A stretch of 64,000 nucleotides of DNA from NCBI GenBank assembly GCA_964057225.1, contig OZ059896.1, forward strand, positions 10,850,001-10,914,000. The letters run 5' to 3'. This stretch comes from Auanema rhodensis (Eukaryota; Animalia; Nematoda). Of the stretch, positions 12,702-33,429 are shown piece by piece (position 1 is the first letter of the stretch; every line of letters starts with the position of its first letter). The notes beneath the pieces were generated by a model. It ran no database searches. It had not been told where the DNA came from and worked only from the letters and a program-made list of their open reading frames with translations. The position numbers and the translations under genes were made by a program.

Positions 12702-13284
12702 AAATGACACATTTTCGAAGAGTTAGGACACAAAATTAATGAAAAAAAGCCTTAAAACGGCTTAAAACTGCGAAAATTGGGGATGGGCGAAAAGGTGCGC
12801 TAGAACGGCAAAATACATATTATTATTGCCAGTTATTTTTTGATTAAAAAAATGATTTATGTATAACATCCAGAAAGCTACAAATTATTATTAGGTATTT
12901 GTATTGATTATAACTGATTAGAAAAGCATATATTTGGAATCAATTCATATTTTTAGAATGGTACTTATAACTATATAATATTTAGTATTCAGTAATAATT
13001 GTATAATCAAATTGTTAAGATGTTTTGAATGGAAAAAGACAATAAATGCCCTTATTGAACGATTACTCTACTATAATGTTATCATTATGAGGGCCGAACT
13101 GGAGTATGAATGATTATGAGAGCAACAGAGTAGAAAACGAAGCTTTGACTTTCTGACTTATATGACTGATAATGTCAGTTGAATGACATCCTACTGTTTG
13201 ATTTCCATTTGTTCTCTTATAACAATTGTTTATTTTCATAATAAATAGTAAAAACTTTACAAAAAATTTAAAAATTGAAATCTC
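12702..13284 (-). repeat. Right arm of the 583-bp inverted repeat (inverted copy of 9140-9722)
   Basis: Made of a copy of the element's left end (12702-12824), an inverted TSD attgcc (12825-12830) and inverted host flank (12831-13284). Confidence 0.95.
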
Positions 13285-13690
13285 ACAGCAAAATACATAT
13301 TATGGGCAATCATGTACAAACTGAAAATCTACAATACTTATAGTATTTTATAGGTTTAGCAAGATTGATTAAATTGACCTTTGTTCAGGACGAAAAAAAT
13401 TATAAAATATTTATTTTTTTCTCAAATTTTTTCATGAAAAATTGCTTTTTGTTTGTAAAATAATTGTTTTAGTATCCAGTTTGAACTTTGATATGTCTAC
13501 GCATATTTTTTAAAAACGATGCTGTGTTATAATCAGTCTCGTTCTTATCAAACTTGAATACTGCTCAGACCTGTTAAGTTAGAGTTAGCACGTATGAGTA
13601 TCTATATATACGAGAATCTTTTTTTGTATTTCATATTTTTTTCAGGCATATTGATAAGTTTTTAAAAATTTAATTATTTTAAGGCTGCTT

Positions 13691-15879
13691 ATGAATTTGT
13701 ACAGTTTATTTCTTATATCTTTTCTTATATTATGTTGTACTGCAACTTCATCACTATCAACTAAACAAAAGAAGAAAATTATTATTTTTGCTCCCGATAT
13801 AGCTAACAGCCAAGTAAGTTTTTTTATTCTCTATTATCTAGAAAACTTGTCGTATTCTATTAGATTGTATACAATGCTAGAGTAGCCGAAATTTTGGCTA
13901 AAGCTGGTCATGATGTAACATTAACCCTGTTTAACCCATATGTTGAACAAGATACAACTGTTAAAATTGATCCACTAGTTACAGGTTATTAATTTTTTCT
14001 TATTATTTTATGATTTTAATATTAATTATTTTAGTTAAACGTATTAATGCTTCAACTGGAATACACAAATCAGATATGGATAAACTACATTCAGAATTTA
14101 TATATCAAGTAAAAATGAATTATATTTATAATAATTATTTATTTATTCACTTTAGGATGTGCCTATTTGGGATAGCAGAATGATAGGTCAAACTCGTCTT
14201 TTCACGGATCTTCTTGCTGGCATGTGTAAAGGTTTCTTTTAATACTAAAAGAATAAGTTTTAATTAAGTAATAATCACAGAAATTATAACAAATAATGAA
14301 TTTTATGAATGGATTGTAAAAGAAAAATTTGATATCGCTATTCTTTATATGTACCATGCATGTCCAGTTGGTATCGTTCATAGAGCTAAGATTCCAAGTT
14401 GGATTTGGCTTAATAGGTATATTTTTCATTTTCTATAGAAATATTGAATAGCTAAATCGGTTTTAGTGGAATGTTAATGGACCCAATAGCTGATATGATT
14501 GGTGTACCTACAATCTCATCCTATGTTCCTCGTTAGTTGCTATTATAATTATTTTGTTTTCTATTCATTACATCTACAATTAATTTCATATATTTCTTCA
14601 ATTATTGTAGCTATGATGATGGCAGCTCATGATAGAATGAATTTCATAGAGAGAACCAAGAGTTATCTAGGTCATACTCTACAAGCATTTCTATTCCGCC
14701 CGTTTGTTCAAAGGAATATTATCGTATTAATATTTTCTGTATTTCAGACTTGTCACAGATAAAGAAACTGCCCTTTGGAGAGAACATATTGATCCTAATT
14801 TCCCTGATATTTATAATTTAGCCCGTCAATGTCCACTTATAATGGTGAACACAAATGATTTGTATCAGTTGCCACGTCCAACACTTGCAAAAGTCATCAA
14901 TATTGGTGGAATTGGAATGCAACAGAAAGATGCAAAGCCATTACCTGCTGTTGGATTAAGGACACATAAGCATTTCACTTAAATATGTTTTACAGGATCT
15001 TGATGCATTGTTCAAGAAAAGTGAAGGGGTTATTCTTATGTCGTTTGGCTCTGTCGCACCAGCTGAGCACATGCCTGATACTTGGAAAGCATCTTTACTT
15101 GAGACATTTTCCCGTTTTCCTAAACATCAGTTTTTATTGAGATATACTAAGGATGACATGAATGGTAAGATCAGTTCTTAATAGGGAATGTTTTGAAATT
15201 TATTCTTTTAAGATAGATTACCACCAAACGTAAAACTTGCCAAATGGTTACCCCAAAGAGATATTCTTCAACATCCAAAAACAAAAGTCTTCATAACTCA
15301 CTGTGGATATAATAGTTTACAGGTTAGCTAATCATTTATTTTTTTAATCAGAAAGCATTAATTCCAGGAAACTATCACAGCTGGCAAGCCAATGCTAGCT
15401 ATTCCACTTTTTGGTGATCAACCAAAAAATTCAATGATTGCAACTAAACACGGATTTGCCAGAGTTCTTTTAAAGACAGATGTTGCAAATCCTGATGCAG
15501 TGGAAGCTGCATTGAAGGAATTATTGAATAATCCAAAGTATGCTCCAAAGATTCGAAAAACGGTAGAATAATATTTGCATATTAATGTAGGTATTCCAAG
15601 AAAGCTGAGCGTATGAAGGAAATGGTTAGTCAGCAGCCCATTGCACCCGAACAGTTGCTAATTCGATGGACCGAATTTGCAGCCACTTTCAAAACTTTAG
15701 AGAACATGGAACCTGCAGGACAACATCTTAACATCATTCAATACTATTCTATTGATATAGCAGCCTTTTTATTTACAATTGTATTTCTTATATTATTTAC
15801 AACATGGAAAATTCTCAAATGTGTTTTCACTATCTGTTTCTGCTCAAAAAAGAAAAACCTGAAATCAAAGAAGGAATAA
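13691..15879 (+). CDS. UDP-glucuronosyltransferase (ugt family)
   Basis: Signal peptide, [57 protein letters not shown] signature, C-terminal TM and KSKKE* tail. Confidence 0.95.
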
Positions 15880-16507
15880 TTTTTTTTTTTTCATGATTTT
15901 TTTGTTACACTTTTGTTTTGAATTGTATTAATCAATGATTATAAAACATTCGACGGTTAGCTTTGAATATTGTAGTCTCATATTTCATGAATCACTTAAT
16001 CATATAAAAAACTGACCATTACTTAATAATCATATTTAAAAAAAAAAAACCAAGCATTTCCAACCGAAATTTTAAAAGACGATGTAAGTCTCGTTTCATT
16101 ACGCTCTGCATTTACATAATATGATATTACTTAGTAGAAATAAATAATAAGGTCACAACAGTGTGGAAAAAACGACCTAAAGATTATTGTGCTTCATATT
16201 TAATTAGTTCAAAGGTGACAAGAGAGATCTGTCTATTTATATCTACTTTAGCTGATCATATAAACTAAATAAGGTCTAACTAAGTTAGAATCGAAGAAGC
16301 CAAAAATATTCACTACAATATAAAATAGAAAGAAATCAGCCTTTTCCTCCCAAAACGATTAAAAACCGGGGGAATGAAAACAAATCACTTAATGATCATT
16401 CGTTGCGATTCGAGAGGGAAATAGATAAATCAGATAAAACATAGAGACATAAGTCAAATTAGAACATGGTATTTTTAAAAAGCCAAAATAAAAAAATATA
16501 TATGTGT

Positions 16508-24099
<7,592 letters not shown>

Positions 24100-24756
24100 A
24101 CTCCTCCCCTTTGCAATATATGCCTGATCTCTTACACAAAATCTATGCTCAAATGACAGTTTATGGTAACGCGGCTATCCAATTTTTTAAACGAAAGTCC
24201 ATTAACTAATTCAGAATTTGAAATTGTATGTAAGATTATATTGATTTAATTTATCAATATGATAGGATGATGAGTGACACTGTCTGATAAAAGGAAGTTA
24301 AATTCTTCATTTCCTTGAACATAGTTTGCCTAGTTGAACAGAACTGATTGATGATAAATAATATAGAACAAGTATTAGTACCTTTAGATTTGTCTTCATC
24401 ATTCCGATGTCAACTTTGTATAATATAAAAACTTCTTTTAAAAAATTACTCTGAACAGAATTATTTTATTTTCGAAAAATAATTATTGTTATTTGTACAG
24501 AATTCAATTCTTACTGTAGATGAATGTATCTGAAGTTGCATAAATTGTTATATGTTTAGTATAATCTGTAGAACATCTCTTAAATTTTACTGTAATTAAC
24601 AGAAGATAACGTAATGTTTTTCCAGTGATCAAGCAAAGAAATAGGAAATATTTCATTCAACAATATAAATAGTATTCAAATGACTAGCACAAAAAAGTTT
24701 GTTAAGTTTGAGATCAGTTCATAACGGAGCATTAATAATAAAATTGCAAAGTCATG

Positions 24757-26834
24757 TTATTGGGCATGTTTTTTATAAAACATATGTACAATGGATTGTA
24801 TAATGTGATCTGTATGATAAATATGATAACACAATAATAATAGCATTACTAATCCAACGGATATATGAGCTAAGTGATGACTTAAACCACTTGTGGAACC
24901 AAAAATCTGAAAACACGAGTAATAATCTAACTTATTGGTAAGCTTACCAGAAAAGAAAACATTGTAGCGAATAATGAGAAGAAAAGAAATATAAAGACAT
25001 CCATTTTTGGTAGAATATGTTCAAATATGGACGGAGTACTTGCACCAAGATACTTCGATATATGACGCCAGCTATATTCAAAACCGTATTTGTATAAAGA
25101 AGAAAAACTTTAAACCTGTATCCAATCCTAAAGATCATATTTAAAGAGTTAGCGAATATGAACCCGGCAGCATGAAATTTATAACAAAAAACTATATTCA
25201 TCCCTATATGAGCAATAGCCGAGACAAATAAGAAGCCACCATGTGAGAGAACCTGTAAGTATATTTCTTAAATTAATAATGTATACAGTAATTAAGCCCA
25301 CTTGAGAGTTATTCATGGAAGCCATAGCGAAACATTCCGTAATTCCATTTATAGCCATTATAACAATATATACACAGTAAAGAGATAAAAGCAGAGCTCC
25401 TGTAAAAAAAAGTTTATAATTTCAAAAACATCGATTCTTACCTCCGTTATCGGCTAATAAGCTTCCTCCATAAAGCCAAACTGCTAACTTAGAGTAAGGA
25501 ATTCCAAAAGTACAAACAACTAATCCCATAACAACAGTCACATGTAAAATTGTAGAAAACTTCTTTGCTAAAGAATCATGAACATCCTAAAAAAAGTTTT
25601 AATAGAGAAAAGTTCACTTACACAGAAAAACTTACAGAATTTTGCTTGAATACTGAAGATTGTTTATTAATATGATTAGAAAATTCGGCATAACAATTAT
25701 CCTCCAAGGGAGCTAAAATAATTCTAGCCACTAAACTAGCTAGTCTTTCAACGGCATCAAATATAGCTGAAATGATAAAAAATATCACATCCAATTTCAG
25801 TATAATGTACCTTGGTTTTTCAAAGATAACAAATCTGTAAATGTCATGACATATCCACTACCACTTGTTAATAATTGTTTTAGAATCGAATGAGTGAAAA
25901 GTGATCCGACAGATTTGCACATATCAGAATCTAATCCAGCGCTACAAATTTTAATGTATGATGAACACTTTTTTTAATTTACCTGGGTTGAGGGAAAAAA
26001 CTACGATAAGAATTGAATTCGGATAGTTCCGGAAGATTTCTACGAGAATACAAGTAAAAGTTACCAGCATTATAAATGAGATAGAGCACAGAAGCAAATA
26101 TCTAAACAAAATGAGTAAAGTTGTGTATAACAGAAGATTAGATTTACTTGGGCAAAAGCAAATATATCTAAATGGTAAATTGAGCTTCCCGAGCAAATTA
26201 ATAAAATAAAGACTACTACTCTTTTTAACACAACCAGTAAAGCTTGAGATACAGCAAAGTGACTTCCTAGAGAAAATCTGAAATTATTTTTAAAAGGTTT
26301 TGAAAAGCCAAAGTAGCAACCTTAGTGAAAAAACAACAAATGGTTCGGCTAAGGATTCAATGAATGAAGACAATGGAAAAGCTAAAAGAACCCATAAGGA
26401 TACCAAACTGCTCGATCCTGCTAACCAAATAATTGTACATATCACCGAAGTGATGAGACAAATCAATGGACTAAAGTGAATTATTCAAAATAAAATCTTC
26501 GAGATATAATAACCTCAACCAAACTGTATTAACAAACTGAGATATATTACTGTTCGCAGAATTAGCTTTGCGAATAGGCTCTCTAGTCAAAAAAAGTATT
26601 GTATCGTACAACAACATCAATCTGAAGTTTTGTTTGAGTATATATAGAATGGCTCATCTTACCGAACATTTACCAAACCCAAAATATCATTGTTAACAAC
26701 CCTAAGAAGATACATTGATATCCCGAAAGATATTATACGAGAAACCATCTAGAAATCTATTTGTTTTTTTTTAATTATTCATAGATCACCTGTCCTGCAA
26801 TATTATAGCTTAATGCCTTCCCAAAGTTTGACAT
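24757..26834 (-). CDS. rft-1: RFT1 (Man5GlcNAc2-PP-dolichol translocation protein)
   Basis: YNIAGQMVSRIISFGINVYLLR..ILGLVNVRLMLLYDTILFLTREPIRKA, KQLLTSGSGYVM, LASLVARIILAPLED, AINGITECF. Confidence 0.9.
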
Positions 26835-27336
26835 TCTTGATATCTGTAAAAGCTCATAACATGAAATGCTTTATAAATTTATAAACCATAAGTTTATTTG
26901 AGAAAATAGAAAGTAAGAAAGAATTCTTACTTATGCAATTTTATACATGAAGTGAAAATCTTAAAAATGAAAATTTTAAAGAATTCGATATTTACTATCA
27001 TGACGTTGACTAAGAAACGTGTCTATTGGCCCACTATAATTATGCTATGATAAAACTTTTATTATTACAATAGAGCTAAGTAATTTTTAAAAAATGCCAT
27101 TAATGGAATAACATTTTTAAATTCATTTCTAACCATTTATTATATCCCACTCAGCTCTCGAAACAAAATATGTTATGTGGCGCGGACTAAGTACACGTGG
27201 AACCAATTGGCTGCGTATTAAGATCTATGTTTTAGCGTATGATCGGCAGCACAGCGACCAATCGGACGAGTGTGTTACGTGCACCCTTTGGATCACTCGC
27301 TTTCAGCTTTTTCTACATTTATTTTACTGTACGGAT

Positions 27337-28600
27337 ATGTCTTGGATTTGGGACTGGTTTTCTGGTGTGCTCAACTTCTTAGGTAATTATTTAATTTATT
27401 TCAACAAATTTTTGTATAACTACCTTATGGTTTTTAGTGATTGCAAGGTTTAACAAAATCAATGTTTCTGTTTTAAATATTTGGTTTTATCCTTTTTTAA
27501 AATAGTTTTAAAGTATCGAAAGAATATGCAAGTCTTGAATTTTTTTTGTTGAAAAATTCGTATGTAATAATACGTGGATTTTGTTAACACTATGCAAATT
27601 TGTATACTATTATCTTAAAAGAACATGGTTCTATATGCAGATCTACTTAGTTCTCTCAATTTTTTTTTTTAAATTGTAGGTTTTTTATAAAATAATTCTG
27701 TTATAGGATTAACTAAGAAAAATGGAAAGCTTGTTTTTCTCGGTTTGGATAATGCTGGAAAAACTACCCTACTTCATATGTTAAAGGATGACAGAATGGC
27801 TCAGCATGTACCAACTCTTCATCCTAGTAAGTTTTTTATAATTTCTCTCTAACTTTTAGCCTTTGACAGTTATAATCACAATTATAATGGAAAGTACAAA
27901 AAAGATCAGCTGATCAGTTTGTCGTATCACTATCACATGATCTTTCAAAGTTGTTGTGCATAACGAAAGAGTTTGCCTCTTGAATAGATTTATTTACTTT
28001 TTTGTTTTACCCTGTTATCTAGGATAGTTTTATGTGTAATATTTTTTCAGCCTCCGAAGAGCTTTCATTAGGAGGAATTCGTTTCACTACGTTCGATCTT
28101 GGTGGTCACGCACAAGGTAATAGAAAATACATAGCCAGCGCTTGAATTATATACTTGTTTAGCTCGACGTGTATGGAAGGATTACTTCCCAGCAGTTGAT
28201 GCAATTGTCTTTTTAGTTGATTGCGCGGATTTGGAGCGTATTGCCGAGAGTAAGACAGAATTGGAATCATTGCTTCGTGACGAACAGGTATATTCAGGAA
28301 GTTTTAGGATTAAAATATATTTTTGTGTAGGTTGCTGCTGCCCCTGTTCTTATTCTTGGAAACAAAATTGATAAGCCAAATGCTCTTAGTGAAGATCAAT
28401 TGAAATGGCATCTTGGTATTCAACACATGGTAACTGGAAAAGGTATAACAGGAAAAAAATCTAAATCTTAAAAACTGTTTTCAGCTGAAATTTCTCGCAA
28501 TGATTTGTCTTCACGCCCATTGGAGGTTTTCATGTGCTCTGTTCTGAGAAGACAGGGTTACGGGGAAGGATTCCGTTGGTTGGCTCAATATCTTGACTAG
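27337..28600 (+). CDS. sar-1: COPII GTPase SAR1
   Basis: [59 protein letters not shown]. Confidence 0.98.
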
Positions 28601-29113
28601 AACTTAGTTCGAACTATATTTTCATAAATTGTGCTTTGATTCGTTGACATTCTTTCTGGAATAAAACCTTGATTGGGATGTTAACTGATTAGTATCTGTT
28701 CATATCATCCCGATTTTTTGCCACTAATTAATTCTTATTATTCCTATTGACTTAGAAGCCGTTTCTGGTCGAAATCCTAATTCATTAGTGCAAATGTCAT
28801 GTAGACTACCAACTTGCATCTATTTTCATAGTGCTGAATATTACCCCATATTACGCCCCCCTGTGCATATGCTTAAGGAATTGGGTTTCCTAACATCTTC
28901 CTTTGTCTTTTTTACCTTTGGTTATATGAGAGTTTTCCTAATTCTAACACAATAAATTATTTCTATTCGAATAGTTGCTTTCATGATTACTTAAATGCGT
29001 ATAATGCGAATAACAAACGAATTCGCGGGGGGTGGGCGAAGAGGCTGGGTTGGCTTAGTTTAGTTAAGTTAGGGCCCGGATGACCCATTTTTTCCAGTAG
29101 TAAGTTTTAAGAA

Positions 29114-30324
29114 ATGGAAGAAGCCGGTCGTAGGTTCCCCTCTAGATATGGAAAGCGTGAACATGAATTGGTAAGGCCTGATTCTTCTTGAAACTATAAT
29201 GTAAGTGTTTTAAGCCTATTCTCCACCTGGATTCCACTGGAATGTTTTATACTGCTCTGATACCTCCTTTGCTTGGAGCTATAGTAGCTGTTACCACAGC
29301 TTTGACTTATCATCAATCGTACATAACAAATTATAATTGGATGTGTGGAGTAAGATCAAAATGAATCAACAATTCCCAACAGTATGTTTTATGATTGTAG
29401 AGAGCAACGTTACCCAGCTTTTCAAGAATAATCAATTTGGAGTTTGAAGGAATTGTGTTTCAATTTTTTATCTATTTTCATGCCCCATTGCGTCTGCTTG
29501 AGTTAACAGTAGGATGTGAGTTGTTTGGTTTGATCTAAATATATCTCTGGACCAAAAAAAAGCTTTATTAATTACTCAGTTAAGTTACTGGAACTTTTAG
29601 TTAATCGATATCGTCAATTGATGTCTGTCACTTGTACATGGCCACGGCTTTACAATTTAGCCAGATGGGCTTACACAATATTTGGAATTTTGGACATTGT
29701 GCTTATGATAGGTTTATCGGCTGTCGGGGAAAAGGAACAAGGAAGTCAATTTTTTTATGAAAAAGATCAAAATGTAAGTTCCAATTGCAGTTGTTCACAT
29801 CACCTTCTTTTACATTTACGGAATGTTCGCTCTTGCTTTCTTTATTTCGAATACTGTATGTCACAGCCAGTCGCTATACTATCTTAATCCATACGTAAGA
29901 ACTAAATAATATCTCTTTTATGATCTGGATGTTAAGGGTCGTTTATCATATCGATTGAAGTGTCTTTTCTTATCCTTGTATGCTATATCCATTCCAATGA
30001 TAGTGACATTTTATCTTATTTATTGGAAAGCATGTGTCACACTAGGTTGTATATAGTTAACACTGATTTGAAATTCATTGAACAACATTACAGGATATGA
30101 ACTCTTTGCACTAACAGAATATGCTGATGCTTTTATAAGCACCGCTTATCACTGCTGTGCATTTTTGGATATTCGTCATAAGGTAACGTTAACAATGCTG
30201 AATAATCTGTAAACGACTTGATTAGGTTATCTTCAAACTGACTTATTGTCCTCGTCACATAAAAGAAGAACTACGAGAGCTCAAGCAAGCGAAGACAAAA
30301 GACATTGACAGCCAAAGTTCTTAA
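29114..30324 (+). CDS. PGAP2/FRAG1 (DRAM/Sfk1) family membrane protein
   Basis: ITNYNWMCG.ATLPSFSRII, multiple TM segments, WKAC...YELFALTEY..AYH..AFLDI. Confidence 0.8.
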
Positions 30325-31139
30325 TTATCATAACTTAACTGCTAATTAATTGATCCATAAAGTTCACATTTATGCTCCCGGAAATAATCACACTGATTGC
30401 AAAATACGAAAAACATAATGATTATTTTGGTACAGATTTGGAAATTATGCTGTAATAAATAATAAAATAATACCAACAAACCATCTAAACTTCAATTAAT
30501 AAAAAATTAGCTTGATATTTCTGATAATGTAAAAAAAAAACACATAAAAGTAAACTATAATGGAAAAGGAACTATGTCTTGATTAAAAAATTAGGAAACC
30601 CTGTCAGATTTACCAAAAAGCGCACTAACCAGTAAGCAGAGGTAGAACCAGTTTAATAACATCTCTTAATTCTGTTGCAATGCGAATGGTAGCGATTTCA
30701 AAACTTTATGAACGACAAGATACATTCAGCAAGAAAACTGCTCATTTCTTACTACCTATTGATTTCCACTATTGGAAACTATCCTAATAAAGCTTTCATG
30801 ATTTACCATCGTTCTTTTATTTTATATTTATCGAATAGTTTCTTTAGCAGGGCAGACAGACTTAGTAGGAATTACATCAACGTCTCCTCAGACTTGGCTG
30901 CTTACCATTGGTCAGATCGTGAACAAATATACAATTGCAAGCTGTCAAATGGCTTCTTTCTATTTATTCGATGACCAAAAATATCGCTGTTTATAACTAA
31001 TCAAAATTTTTAATTTTGAAAAAGTGTTACAAAAAGGTCTAAACGTAGACTGCAACTGAACAAAAAGATACTAGAAAGCACAGCAAGAGTGGATCAGTTC
31101 ATACAATTTGGAATGGAAGTGCTTCATGTCGGTCATTGT

Positions 31140-31326
31140 TCATCATTACAACATGATTCTATGAAAATACTTGTATATAAAAATTTAAAAATATTCCGGT
31201 TGTGCAAAACTCTGTACGGCTAATGCTCATCATTACAACATGATTCATCATTGAATGCTCATCATTGCAACATGATTCTATGAAAATTTAAAGATATTCT
31301 AGTTGTGCAAAACTCAGTACGGCTAA
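31140..31326. repeat. Local imperfect tandem duplication (2 long + 1 partial copy)
   Basis: tcatcatt(a/g)caacatgattc occurs 3 times; ttgtgcaaaactc(t/a)gtacggctaa occurs twice. Confidence 0.85.
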
Positions 31327-31469
31327 CTGTAATTGGACCGATTAACTTCGTTTCCACAGACACCTAACGCATCTACAAATACTGTAGAATTAATGTACGC
31401 AGTGCGTACATTACATGTTTAACATATAAATATAATTATAAAATTTATGCTTAAAGGTTGAAAGAAAAT

Positions 31470-32021
31470 ATGACACCAGCTTTTCCTTTCAATTCTCAGT
31501 TATTCAAACTCAAACAGTTACTTAGACCGTCTAGTTCTACAGTTTTAGCAAATTATATTTTAAACTCAAATGCGCAAGGTTTGCGACCTTTTAGATTAAG
31601 CTATTTTATTTTCAAGTTTCAGTAAGACATAATGCTTGGCGTGCTAGTATTGGAAAAATAGCTAGATCCAAATATGTTTTATGTTATCCTATTAAGGTTG
31701 TAAGACCAGATGGATCAACTCTTGAAATGCGGGCTTCTGAGCCTCAACAGGTAAAATATATGTTATACATTCTCATAATTTTCGCTCAAGATTGTCCAAC
31801 TTGCCGTTGATCTCAAGGCTCTTACTGAAGATGAAAGGAGACAACGATTAGCCGCCAGAAAGCCTAAGGCAAAAAAGATTGAAGAAGTATTTATTTTAAA
31901 ATTTTCTCAACAAATTTTTTATTATTAGGAGATTATTGATGATAACTTCGACGAAGCTGATTATCTCAACTATTTTTCCGGTGACTCACGAACAACATTA
32001 AAGAAGAAGAATGCGCAATAG
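31470..32021 (+). CDS. mrpl-55: Mitochondrial ribosomal protein mL55/bL31m
   Basis: NAWRASIGKIARSKY..YPIKVVRPDGST..EP..LAVDLKALTEDERRQRL..DDNFD..YL; start codon approximate. Confidence 0.88.
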
Positions 32022-32173
32022 TTTATTTTATAATTTTTGTTTTCTTAGGTTTAAAATAGTTCTAATTAAAACTTTTTGTTTTCTGTTATCACGTGCATAC
32101 CTCATATCTTATCCATCGTAGTGGAATTATTACTTTAACCGTATTTTTTGAATTTATTAATTTCTGTTTTTAG

Positions 32174-33149
<976 letters not shown>

Positions 33150-33429
33150 TCCTGGCATTTATCTTACACGTTTTAGATTATATTATTTATTGTTTTTTTG
33201 ACTGTTTGATCATATCATTCCTGTGTTGCTTTATTTTGAGGGTTATAAAGTTTCATATTAGTGAAATTAATTTTCTCATTTTTTAAACGAAGCAAAATGC
33301 TTCTAGGTAACAAATCAAGATAACAGTATTCTCATTAAAATTTTGATAAGCAATTGATTTCTACCTGATTGTGTGGTAGCTCAGTGAGCTTCAATAGCTT
33401 TCACTTTGACAGTTTTTAATTCATATACT

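Larger units (their letters stand above)
9600..13304. mobile_element. Decayed, internally deleted Maverick/Polinton remnant with 6-bp TSD GGCAAT
   Basis: GGCAAT at 9594-9599 and 13305-13310. Inverted termini AATAATATGTATTTTGCCGT (9600-9619) and ACAGCAAAATACATATTATG (13285-13304) match 18/20. Internal intronless ORF fragments resemble the Polinton pPolB N-terminus. Confidence 0.8.

Noticed and set aside
9140-13284. Treating the 583-bp inverted repeats as the element's TIRs
   Set aside because: No TSD flanks 9140/13284, whereas GGCAAT flanks 9600/13304, where a separate 20-bp inverted terminus lies.
29025-29080. G-rich, telomere-like ttag repeats upstream of the PGAP2-like gene
   Set aside because: Too short and degenerate for a telomeric array; G4 potential is marginal.
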